DNA from: Candidatus Kapaibacterium sp.
Lineage (GTDB): Bacteria; Bacteroidota; Ignavibacteria; Kapaibacteriales; UBA2268
DNA length: 64,000 bases
Reading direction: 5' to 3'
Assembly (NCBI GenBank): GCA_963664875.1
Contig: OY761611.1
Location: 1,344,001 to 1,408,000, forward strand
The notes under the pieces were generated by a model that worked only from the letters and a program-made list of their open reading frames with translations, was not told the origin of the DNA and did no database searches. The position numbers were made by a program, and so were the translations under genes. Below, in pieces: positions 38,594-48,157 of the stretch (within the stretch, counting starts at the first letter, position 1; each line of letters begins with the position of its first letter).

Positions 38594-40467
38594 TGTTTTT
38601 AAATGCTTTATACGAAATTGGTGAATATCATAAAAAAAACATACTTAACAAAGGTGGTCTTCCTGAGCTCACTTTGAAAGAGGTACAATATCTTCATAAA
38701 ACAGGTACATATCAAAAGGTTGTAATTATGAATATACAAAGTTCCAATAGCACAGTATCCTTTTCAACCGAGGAATTAGAATCGACCGGAGATCACTCTC
38801 TACACTATTTATACAAATATCGTAATGGCTCCCAAGCAGGTAACGAATTTTCTTTTACTAACAAAATAAATATACAAAAAGAAAAGGATAAGAATAAAGA
38901 GAAAGCTGAAATCGATTGGAACAAATTCTTCAACTACTATAAAGCTAACAAAAATTCTTGGATTACTTGGTTAGAAGCTTGCATAGCTGAAGAATTTTAT
39001 CAAACAACTCAAAATATATTAAGAGCAATCATTCAAAATATTGAGAATATCAAATCTTATATTGAGACCTTATTTACGAATGATGATACTTTTAAAAAAG
39101 GCTGCATTTTTACGGTAAAATATAACGGTAAATATTTAAACGAAATCAAAGAGTGCGTTGAATGTTTTGACTATTGTGTGCAAAAACACAATAAGTCAGG
39201 AAACACAGAGCCAAATGTTTGCTGCTCTTTTTGCGGAAGTAACCAAAATGTCAGATATGGTATTCCAGAAGCATTCAAATTCGCAACCATAGATAAAGAA
39301 GGATTCGCAACTGACTTCAATGTTGACACAAATAGGGATTATCCAGTTTGTATCGAATGTCGTACAATCTTGACTTCAGGAAGACAATTTATTGATGATA
39401 ATTTGTCTTATTATTTCCACGGCTTAAAATATAAGGTTGTTCCACACTCTGTTTTTAAATCAGAAGTGTTGCTTGACAATATGTTATATAACTTAAAAGA
39501 AGCCAAAAATCCAAATTTATCTCAAAATCACTCTAATTTTATGTCTGATCCTGATGGTATCATTGAAGAAGCTTCTGAACTAAACAATAGTGTATTGTTA
39601 AATTTAGTGTTTTTATCACAGAAAGGCGTCGGTGGTGAACAAATTGATCTACTTATGCAAGATGTACTTCCAACTCGCTTAGCTGCGATAATAAAAGTAA
39701 AACATGATTTAGAAAATATGTACCCCTATAAAACGAAAGATGGTGAAATTAAACATATGCTTTTCAATATGGGCACAATCTTCAATTTTTACCAACATAA
39801 GAAAAGTAAAAATGCACCATTTGATAAATCATTTTTCGAACTTGTGGAAGCTATATTTAAAGGTGGTAAACTTAATAAAGATTTGATTGTCTCTAAGTTC
39901 ATGGATAAAATTCGGGAAGATGTTTATGAACCAGACAAAAAGCACCCCCATAACTACACTAAAGATTCCATAAGAATAATGCAATTCCTATCAAAATTAG
40001 ATATAGTAGATTTCAAATATAAAGGTAAACCTATGAAAGACAATATTTTCAAAGAATATTTTGAGCAAATAGGCATAGTCGATTCTTCATACTTAGCGGG
40101 CGTAATGCTTATCGGAGCCTTAGTAACCAAAGTTCGTATAGTACAGAAAGAAAATCTGGACAATGATCCCTTCAAGAAAAATCTAAAAGGATACAATTTA
40201 AACCGTGATGAGATTATTTTGCTTGCTAATAAAGTAAAAGCGAAGTTAGAAGAGTATAATGCTTTTAAAGGAACTGAAAATATAATTTTTGGAACTGCTT
40301 TTAAGCTTATGATGGATGCAACTCCAGTATCAAATGCCATGTCAAACTGGTATCTGATTGGTGGCATGAGTTTAGAATATGAAATTATGGGCATAGCAAT
40401 CGAATACCTAAAATCGCAAAAACCAAACTCTCAAGCAGAAGAACAAGAAAGCAATGAATCCAATTAA
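38593..40467 (+). CDS. cas8b: Type I-B Cascade large subunit Cas8b (Csh1-like)
   Basis: Start MFLNALYEIG coupled to the cas6 stop; CSFC...FKFATIDKEGF...YPVCIEC Zn motif; lies between cas6 and cas7. Confidence 0.85.
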   Translation: MFLNALYEIGEYHKKNILNKGGLPELTLKEVQYLHKTGTYQKVVIMNIQSSNSTVSFSTEELESTGDHSLHYLYKYRNGSQAGNEFSFTNKINIQKEKDKNKEKAEIDWNKFFNYYKANKNSWITWLEACIAEEFYQTTQNILRAIIQNIENIKSYIETLFTNDDTFKKGCIFTVKYNGKYLNEIKECVECFDYCVQKHNKSGNTEPNVCCSFCGSNQNVRYGIPEAFKFATIDKEGFATDFNVDTNRDYPVCIECRTILTSGRQFIDDNLSYYFHGLKYKVVPHSVFKSEVLLDNMLYNLKEAKNPNLSQNHSNFMSDPDGIIEEASELNNSVLLNLVFLSQKGVGGEQIDLLMQDVLPTRLAAIIKVKHDLENMYPYKTKDGEIKHMLFNMGTIFNFYQHKKSKNAPFDKSFFELVEAIFKGGKLNKDLIVSKFMDKIREDVYEPDKKHPHNYTKDSIRIMQFLSKLDIVDFKYKGKPMKDNIFKEYFEQIGIVDSSYLAGVMLIGALVTKVRIVQKENLDNDPFKKNLKGYNLNRDEIILLANKVKAKLEEYNAFKGTENIIFGTAFKLMMDATPVSNAMSNWYLIGGMSLEYEIMGIAIEYLKSQKPNSQAEEQESNESN

Positions 40468-40485
40468 TAAAGTATAGGCAATAAC

Positions 40486-41439
40486 ATGAGTAATATTAAA
40501 TCTTCAGAAATCATATTTTTATATGACTTAGAAAAATGCAATCCAAATGGTGATCCAATAGCCAACAACTTACCAAGAATAGATGAAGAAACATCAAAAG
40601 TTTATGCAACCGATGTTTTTCTTAAGCATCATATAAGAGAGTACATGTATCAGAATACAATTCCGAAATTAGATGGTAATTTTGACATCTGGGTCAGAGA
40701 TACAAGAGAAGAAAATGGTGGGAAAGTAGTTGATGCAAAGAAGAGATATGAAAGTCTTAATATAAGTGCAAAAGATGATAAAGCTAAAGAAGAATTCTTA
40801 GAAAGATGCCTAGATGCACAAATGTTCGGTGCAGTAGTACCACTAAAAAAGGAAAACTATCATTTAACTGGAGCTTGGCAGTTTATGAATATCAAATCTT
40901 TACATCAAGTAGATGTAATTACAGATAAAGGTATTACTACTTTTGCTTCAGGTGATAATAAATCTCAAGGAACTTTCAGAGAAGATCACTACGTGAATTA
41001 TGCTTTGATGCAATCATATAGCAGAGTAAATGCAAATGCTGCCGAGAAAAATCTATTAAAACAAGAAACTTTAGATGCTGGTTTAGAAGCTATGTGGTAT
41101 GGAATCAAAAATTTAAATACACGTAGTAAATTGGGTCATGATTCTAAGTTACTTTTAGTTGTAGAATACAAAACAAACAATCGTTTTATTGGAAACAAAC
41201 TTAACAATTCCATAACTCTCACACTTAAGGATGGTGTAATCACAGAGAAAGGTATCAGAGCAGGTTCTGATTATAACCTTAATATGGATGCTTTACAAAA
41301 TCTATTAGTATCGAATAAATCTATTATCCACAAAATTAAATTTCACTACGAAGCTCATGATCCTCACGTTTCTTCATTTAAGGATTTTAAAGCTAATTTA
41401 CAAAAAGAAGGTATAGAGATTGAAGATTTAAAATACTAA
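40486..41439 (+). CDS. cas7: Type I-B Cas7 (Csh2)
   Basis: NPNGDP...LPRIDEET...TDVFLKHHIREY, FGAV and TRSKLG motifs. Confidence 0.93.
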   Translation: MSNIKSSEIIFLYDLEKCNPNGDPIANNLPRIDEETSKVYATDVFLKHHIREYMYQNTIPKLDGNFDIWVRDTREENGGKVVDAKKRYESLNISAKDDKAKEEFLERCLDAQMFGAVVPLKKENYHLTGAWQFMNIKSLHQVDVITDKGITTFASGDNKSQGTFREDHYVNYALMQSYSRVNANAAEKNLLKQETLDAGLEAMWYGIKNLNTRSKLGHDSKLLLVVEYKTNNRFIGNKLNNSITLTLKDGVITEKGIRAGSDYNLNMDALQNLLVSNKSIIHKIKFHYEAHDPHVSSFKDFKANLQKEGIEIEDLKY

Positions 41440-41448
41440 GGTGAAAAA

Positions 41449-42156
41449 ATGAAAGTTCTCATTTTCGAAATAAGTGGTGAGTTTGCACATTTCAAACCTT
41501 ATGATACAACTTCAACCAAGCTAAGTTACCCATTCCCAACTCCACCAACTGTTTTAGGAATGATTGGTGCCATTTTAGGTTTGTCAAAGCAAGATCAGCA
41601 GTATCTAAAAATATTGAACGATGCTAATACTAAAGTAGCTGTTTCAATTTTGAACCCAGTCAAAAAGTTACATTGGGGCTTAAATCTTCTAAATACAAAA
41701 GGTAACATTGTTGACTTATCTAACGGTCATACTCAAGTATTGACCGAGTTTATTAAAGATGCTCGTTATAGAATTATTGTGTCAATGGAAAAGCAAGATT
41801 TATATAATTCTCTCAAAGAAAGATTAGAAAAGAAAGAGTCTTATTATGATCTGTGCTTGGGTATCACAGAATGTTTAGCTGACTTTGAATTTGTAGGAGA
41901 ATACGAAGCAAGTCTGAACAAATATAATTCTATCGAAGTAGATTCTGTTATACCCATAGACGAATCAATCGAAAACAAGATAGACTTTACATCAGTACAA
42001 GAAAAAATAACAATGCCAAGAATACCATATAAAATGGAAGTAGGAAGAATTGCATCTTATAGGAATGTACTTGTGAACGAAGGAGCCAAACCAATAGCAA
42101 TAAAAAATATAGAATGTTATACGACTGATGTTTGCAATTTCTTGTTTTTGAATTGA
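41449..42156 (+). CDS. cas5: Type I-B Cas5
   Basis: FEISGEFAHFK...LSYPFPTPPTVLGMIGAILG. Confidence 0.93.
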   Translation: MKVLIFEISGEFAHFKPYDTTSTKLSYPFPTPPTVLGMIGAILGLSKQDQQYLKILNDANTKVAVSILNPVKKLHWGLNLLNTKGNIVDLSNGHTQVLTEFIKDARYRIIVSMEKQDLYNSLKERLEKKESYYDLCLGITECLADFEFVGEYEASLNKYNSIEVDSVIPIDESIENKIDFTSVQEKITMPRIPYKMEVGRIASYRNVLVNEGAKPIAIKNIECYTTDVCNFLFLN

Positions 42157-42157
42157 T

Positions 42158-44494
42158 ATGATTATGTTACTATCTCATCCAGACACTATATTATCAGACC
42201 ACCTCGAAGGAGTGCTGCTCAATTCTGTTCGTATGTACGAAGAAATGAATATCACTTCTTCATATGGTGTTGATTATTTAAAAGTTGTAAAGTTGGTAGC
42301 TTTGTTTCACGATTTCGGGAAGTGTACTAATTATTTCCAAAATTATATTCGTGGAGATAAAAGTGGAAGTTCTCTTTTAAGACAACATTCCATATTAAGT
42401 GCTATTGTAGTTTCACATTTAGTTATATCAGTTGTTGAAAGTAAACATGCAGAAGAACTTTCACTTTATGCTTTTCTCTCAGTATTGTATCATCATGGTA
42501 ATCTTAATAACTTATATAATAAATTGCTTGGAATCAATAGCAATGATACAATTGTATTACTCAGCCAACAAATAAATGCAGTATCCTTTGATTCAGTAAA
42601 CGAATGCTATAATCCACTGCTCAAAGATTACTTATCTATTGATATCACTTTTACGGCTGAAAAGCTGACAGAATATATTGATACTCTAAAATCTTCAATA
42701 CGTAAACTCAACAAAACTTTAAGGAAAATAAAAGAAACAAACTCTTTTGAATCTTATCTGCATTTGATGACATTCTGGTCTTTACTTGTTGATGCAGATA
42801 AAAAACATGCAAACTTCAAAGAGGTATTGCAAAAGCATTCGTCTAAAATTGATACAGATGCTGCTAAAAAGTACATTATGAAATTTCCAAAAGACGAATC
42901 ACCGATGTGTAAACTTAGAACAGAAGCTTTTGAGACAGTTGAACAGAATATTCTAAAATCATCAGACAAAGCTGATATTTTTAGCGTAGAATTGCCTACC
43001 GGAGCAGGAAAGACACTAAACGTTTTGAATGCAGCACTTCGATTGAGAAATAAAAGGTATGATGAAACCGGGAAGTACAAAAAAATTATAAACGGTCTGC
43101 CGTTTTTATCAATCATTGATCAAACAGCAAAAGTCTATAGAGACGTATTTGATTTAGATGACAGCAATTCAGATGTTATGACTGTTCAGCACTCTTTGGC
43201 TGACTATTCCTTATTCAAACAGGGGGATGTCGAATATAAAGATGATTCCAGAGCGGAGATGCTAATCGAAACATGGGAATCTGAGATAATAGTTACCACA
43301 TTTGTGCAAATATTCCATACCTTGTTTACCAATAAAAACGGCAATGCAAGGAAATTCCATACAATATCCAATTCAATTTTAGTATTAGATGAGGTTCAAG
43401 CTATTCCTTCTAAATATCATAAACTTGTAAATGAGATGTTTCAAGCTTTAGTTAAAGTTTACAACACTGATATTATTACAATGACTGCTACTAATATTTA
43501 CGAGTTCGATAATGCAAAACGTTTATGTGATGCTACATTTTATAATGACTTAGATAGAATTGTTTTGAAATATTTTGATGATGTACTAACAGTCGAAGAA
43601 TTCTTTCAAAAGCTTGATTTGCAGGCAGACAAATCTTATATGTTTGTTATGAATACAATCAAAAGTGCTAAAATACTGCACCAATTGCTGTCTGATTCAC
43701 TACAGGAAGAAGTTGCCTTCTTATCGACAGAGATTATTCCATTTCAGAGATTAGGTATCATATCTGATATTAAGAATAAAAAATATAGATTTTTGGTTAC
43801 AACGCAACTTATCGAAGCTGGAGTAGATGTTACATTTGATGTTGTCTATCGTGATATGACCAGAATGGATTCAATTGTGCAAACAGCAGGCAGATGTAAT
43901 AGGCATTACACAGATAAACAAGGAGAAGTAAATGTTATTAAGCTGAAAGACAAAAGAAAAGAGTATGCAGAGTATATTTATGATTCAATGGACTTATTCC
44001 AAACATCTGAAACGCTTAAAACATATCTTGATGGACAGAACATGATTCGAGAATCTAATTTTTACAATCTAATAAAAGACTTTAGTGCAAAACTACAGGC
44101 AAAAACAACAGATTCAAATGCTTATATTGAAGCAGTAAATCAGTTAAAATTTATCAACTCACAGGAAGACAAATATAATATTGCAACATTCAAACTGATA
44201 GATAATTCTGATTATGAGAAAATAGATGTGTTTGTAGAGTATAATCAGGAAGCCGTTGATATTTGGCAAAAGTATATGCAAATCAAGAAAATTGAAAATA
44301 GATTTGACAGGAAACTACAGTTTAAGCTTATTAAAAATATCTTCCAGAAGTATGTGATTAGCGTTTCAAAGCAAAGATATTGTACGGATTCAAATGCAGA
44401 TGGATTATATTATATACCGCAAGGGCAATTAGAATTTTCATATGGGAAGGTCGGTTTCATGGGATTTGGGCTTGAAGCAAATAATATAATTTAG
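42158..44494 (+). CDS. cas3: Cas3 HD nuclease-helicase
   Basis: HDFGK and HHG HD motifs, LPTGAGKT, DEVQ, MTAT and QTAGRCNR. Confidence 0.95.
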   Translation: MIMLLSHPDTILSDHLEGVLLNSVRMYEEMNITSSYGVDYLKVVKLVALFHDFGKCTNYFQNYIRGDKSGSSLLRQHSILSAIVVSHLVISVVESKHAEELSLYAFLSVLYHHGNLNNLYNKLLGINSNDTIVLLSQQINAVSFDSVNECYNPLLKDYLSIDITFTAEKLTEYIDTLKSSIRKLNKTLRKIKETNSFESYLHLMTFWSLLVDADKKHANFKEVLQKHSSKIDTDAAKKYIMKFPKDESPMCKLRTEAFETVEQNILKSSDKADIFSVELPTGAGKTLNVLNAALRLRNKRYDETGKYKKIINGLPFLSIIDQTAKVYRDVFDLDDSNSDVMTVQHSLADYSLFKQGDVEYKDDSRAEMLIETWESEIIVTTFVQIFHTLFTNKNGNARKFHTISNSILVLDEVQAIPSKYHKLVNEMFQALVKVYNTDIITMTATNIYEFDNAKRLCDATFYNDLDRIVLKYFDDVLTVEEFFQKLDLQADKSYMFVMNTIKSAKILHQLLSDSLQEEVAFLSTEIIPFQRLGIISDIKNKKYRFLVTTQLIEAGVDVTFDVVYRDMTRMDSIVQTAGRCNRHYTDKQGEVNVIKLKDKRKEYAEYIYDSMDLFQTSETLKTYLDGQNMIRESNFYNLIKDFSAKLQAKTTDSNAYIEAVNQLKFINSQEDKYNIATFKLIDNSDYEKIDVFVEYNQEAVDIWQKYMQIKKIENRFDRKLQFKLIKNIFQKYVISVSKQRYCTDSNADGLYYIPQGQLEFSYGKVGFMGFGLEANNII

Positions 44495-44620
44495 TCGTCT
44501 GGCTCGTATAATACAAAAATCACTGAACCTCGACGACTTATTTATTGGAGTTTGAGATACTTTTCTAATGCTACGAACGATACGATTTATTAAAATAGCT
44601 TGTTCTTTGAAAATTTGAGG
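44493..44620 (+). promoter_or_regulatory. CRISPR leader
   Basis: AT-rich non-coding region between cas3 and the first repeat; AGTCGTC...GACGACT inverted motif (44493-44538) of the kind seen in I-B leaders. Confidence 0.75.
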
Positions 44621-45244
44621 ATAGAAATACCTGCTATAAGCAGGGATGATTTGTCAGATTGTTCGCCTCTGATGCTGTTAGCTGTATAGAAATACCTGCT
44701 ATAAGCAGGGATGATGGTATATCACGAGTTGGTACACCACCATCGTAGGTATAGAAATACCTGCTATAAGCAGGGATGATGATGCAGTTGATATTGATAT
44801 TGAACCGACAGAGCAAATAGAAATACCTGCTATAAGCAGGGATGATATAGTGGTTTATAACAATGGTGAAAAAGTTACTTTTGAATAGAAATACCTGCTA
44901 TAAGCAGGGATGATTCAATTCTTTCTGGTCTATCTAATCCGAATAATTCTATAGAAATACCTGCTATAAGCAGGGATGATATGTTCTTTATGTACTTCAT
45001 TCCACTTGGAAAGTTCATAGAAATACCTGCTATAAGCAGGGATGATGGATTAAACAAAGCTCTAAAATCGCAAGGTCGTTCAATAGAAATACCTGCTATA
45101 AGCAGGGATGATTTTTCTAATTCTCCTATATAAAAAAAGCGGTCTGTATAGAAATACCTGCTATAAGCAGGGATGATTTAAGTAAGCATACATACTAAGG
45201 CAACCTGCTTCTTGATAGAAATACCTGCTATAAGCAGGGATGAT
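44621..45244 (+). CRISPR. CRISPR block 1: 10 chimeric repeats ATAGAAATACCTGCTATAAGCAGGGATGAT, 9 spacers (35-38 bp)
   Basis: Repeats at 44621, 44686, 44751, 44817, 44885, 44951, 45017, 45083, 45148 and 45215; the last 10 nt equal the IS left end. Confidence 0.97.
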
Positions 45245-46426
45245 TTGTTCTTTGTAAATATCATATAATATAGTAAATTATAGAAAGCCAAACACAAACT
45301 TTTCTAATCTGGGGGGATTTATGGAAAAGCAAACGTTAGTAAATTATCTTGATAAGTTGACAGATAAGCGTCGCAGGGAAGGCACACGCCATAATCAATC
45401 ATTTGTATTATTGCTGGTTTTGATGGCGACTATGAGCGGACAATATGGCTATCGTGGCATAGAAAGATTTATAAAGAAGAATGCCGAAGACATACTGAAA
45501 TATTTAAAGCCTCATAAAGATAGATTACCAACTTACGCAACAATTTTTAGAGTGGTAAATAATATAGATTTTGATGAATTTGCACAGATTTTTAAAGAGT
45601 GGTCAAAAGTTTATGCAAAGCCTCAAAGCGGTGAAATAATCAGTATAGATGGCAAAGCTTTGAAAGGCACATTAGTAGAATACAATTCGAAATACCAGAA
45701 CTTTATAAGCATTGTTTCTGCACATTCTCAATCAAGTAAAATGTCACTAAGTATAAGCAAATATGAGAATAAAAAATCAAGCGAGATAAGCGTAGTTGAA
45801 GAAATGATTAGAGATTTAGAACTGACTGGCGTAGTCTTTACAATGGATGCTTTACACTGTCAAAAAAACTCTAAGAACAATTGTTAGTACTAACAACAAC
45901 TATATTATTTGCGTAAAAAAGAATCAAGGTCGTTTGTACAAAGAACTGGAGAGTTTGAGTTCGAGCTGGTCAACAAAGATCGATTATTATAAAACCGAAG
46001 AAACTAATAGAGACAGACGAGAAACTCGTAAAGTATATGTATATTCATTAAACGATAAAATTAAGAACGAGTGGTCCGGATCACAGCAATTAGTAAAGGT
46101 ACAAAGGATTAGAAAAACAAAACAAATGCAGGAAGTTCATGTACATTATTATTTGAGCAGTCAAGAAAAACCAGCAAAGTATTATATGCAGAGCATACGA
46201 GGACATTGGGGCATTGAAAACCAGCTACATTGGGTAAAGGATGTGGTAATGAAAGAAGATGCTTGGAAAGTGAGAAATACACAAGCAGCTTCAGTCATGA
46301 GTATAATAAAGTCAATTTGTATCAATATTTTTAGGTCAAAGAAGCGTATTGATTGTACCAACTTTTTCTATGAGACTGCCGACAATGTAGAACTATTGGT
46401 GACTTTGTTAGAATGAATCAACCCTG
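45235..46426 (+). mobile_element. ISAs1-family insertion sequence, copy 1 (1192 bp)
   Basis: Terminal IRs CAGGGATGATTTGTTCT and AGAATGAATCAACCCTG (14/17); 10-bp TSD CTGCTATAAG at 45225-45234 and 46427-46436. Confidence 0.95.
45321..46416 (+). CDS. ISAs1 transposase split into two frames at an A7 run
   Basis: ORFs 45321-45887 (IDGKALKG, TMDALHCQK) and 45847-46416 (VKKNQ, RGHWGIENQLHWVKDV). Confidence 0.9.
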
Positions 46427-46965
46427 CTGCTATAAGGGGTTTAAACTAAAAGGCAATAAGCTGTATTTGACGTTAGGACTTGATAGAAATACCTGCTATA
46501 AGGGGTTTAAACTTTGGTAATGATGCTAAGAGCTGCAGCACATCACTAATAGAAATACCTGCTATAAGGGGTTTAAACGAAGGCAGCCATGATGACATGG
46601 TAGATGCGACAACAATAGAAATACCTGCTATAAGGGGTTTAAACTTATTTCACCTCTGTGATAAAATTTTCAGCACTAAGATAGAAATACCTGCTATAAG
46701 GGGTTTAAACAATTCTAATGAATATTCTTTAGCTGTTTCCCGTGCAAATAGAAATACCTGCTATAAGGGGTTTAAACGAAATTAAAGAAAAAAAACTATT
46801 AGATTTTGCTGAATAGAAATACCTGCTATAAGGGGTTTAAACTAGACTTCAACTGAGACATAAACTGAGAAATATTAAATAGAAATACCTGCTATAAGGG
46901 GTTTAAACCATTCATTAAAAACTTACAATAAAAAAGCATGGAAAAATAGAAATACCTGCTATAAG
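46427..46965 (+). CRISPR. CRISPR block 2: canonical repeat ATAGAAATACCTGCTATAAGGGGTTTAAAC, 7 full and 2 partial repeats, 8 spacers
   Basis: Full repeats at 46483, 46549, 46615, 46681, 46748, 46813 and 46879. Confidence 0.97.
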
Positions 46966-48157
46966 CAGGGATGATTTGTTCTTTGTAAATATCATATAAT
47001 ATAGTAAATTATAGAAAGCCAAACACAAACTTTTCTAATCTGGGGGGATTTATGGAAAAGCAAACGTTAGTAAATTATCTTGATAAGTTGACAGATAAGC
47101 GTCGCAGGGAAGGCACACGCCATAATCAATCATTTGTATTATTGCTGGTTTTGATGGCGACTATGAGCGGACAATATGGCTATCGTGGCATAGAAAGATT
47201 TATAAAGAAGAATGCCGAAGACATACTGAAATATTTAAAGCCTCATAAAGATAGATTACCAACTTACGCAACAATTTTTAGAGTGGTAAATAATATAGAT
47301 TTTGATGAATTTGCACAGATTTTTAAAGAGTGGTCAAAAGTTTATGCAAAGCCTCAAAGCGGTGAAATAATCAGTATAGATGGCAAAGCTTTGAAAGGCA
47401 CATTAGTAGAATACAATTCGAAATACCAGAACTTTATAAGCATTGTTTCTGCACATTCTCAATCAAGTAAAATGTCACTAAGTATAAGCAAATATGAGAA
47501 TAAAAAATCAAGCGAGATAAGCGTAGTTGAAGAAATGATTAGAGATTTAGAACTGACTGGCGTAGTCTTTACAATGGATGCTTTACACTGTCAAAAAAAC
47601 TCTAAGAACAATTGTTAGTACTAACAACAACTATATTATTTGCGTAAAAAAGAATCAAGGTCGTTTGTACAAAGAACTGGAGAGTTTGAGTTCGAGCTGG
47701 TCAACAAAGATCGATTATTATAAAACCGAAGAAACTAATAGAGACAGACGAGAAACTCGTAAAGTATATGTATATTCATTAAACGATAAAATTAAGAACG
47801 AGTGGTCCGGATCACAGCAATTAGTAAAGGTACAAAGGATTAGAAAAACAAAACAAATGCAGGAAGTTCATGTACATTATTATTTGAGCAGTCAAGAAAA
47901 ACCAGCAAAGTATTATATGCAGAGCATACGAGGACATTGGGGCATTGAAAACCAGCTACATTGGGTAAAGGATGTGGTAATGAAAGAAGATGCTTGGAAA
48001 GTGAGAAATACACAAGCAGCTTCAGTCATGAGTATAATAAAGTCAATTTGTATCAATATTTTTAGGTCAAAGAAGCGTATTGATTGTACCAACTTTTTCT
48101 ATGAGACTGCCGACAATGTAGAACTATTGGTGACTTTGTTAGAATGAATCAACCCTG
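46966..48157 (+). mobile_element. ISAs1-family insertion sequence, copy 2 (1192 bp, apparently identical to copy 1)
   Basis: Same IRs and length, identical translated ORFs; TSD CTGCTATAAG at 46956-46965 and 48158-48167. Confidence 0.95.
47052..48147 (+). CDS. ISAs1 transposase split into two frames at an A7 run
   Basis: ORFs 47052-47618 and 47578-48147, identical to copy 1. Confidence 0.9.

Noticed and set aside
37865-48157. CRISPR-associated transposon (CAST)
   Set aside because: No tnsA/B/C or tniQ, cas3 is intact, and the transposases are ordinary ISAs1 elements with their own IRs and TSDs
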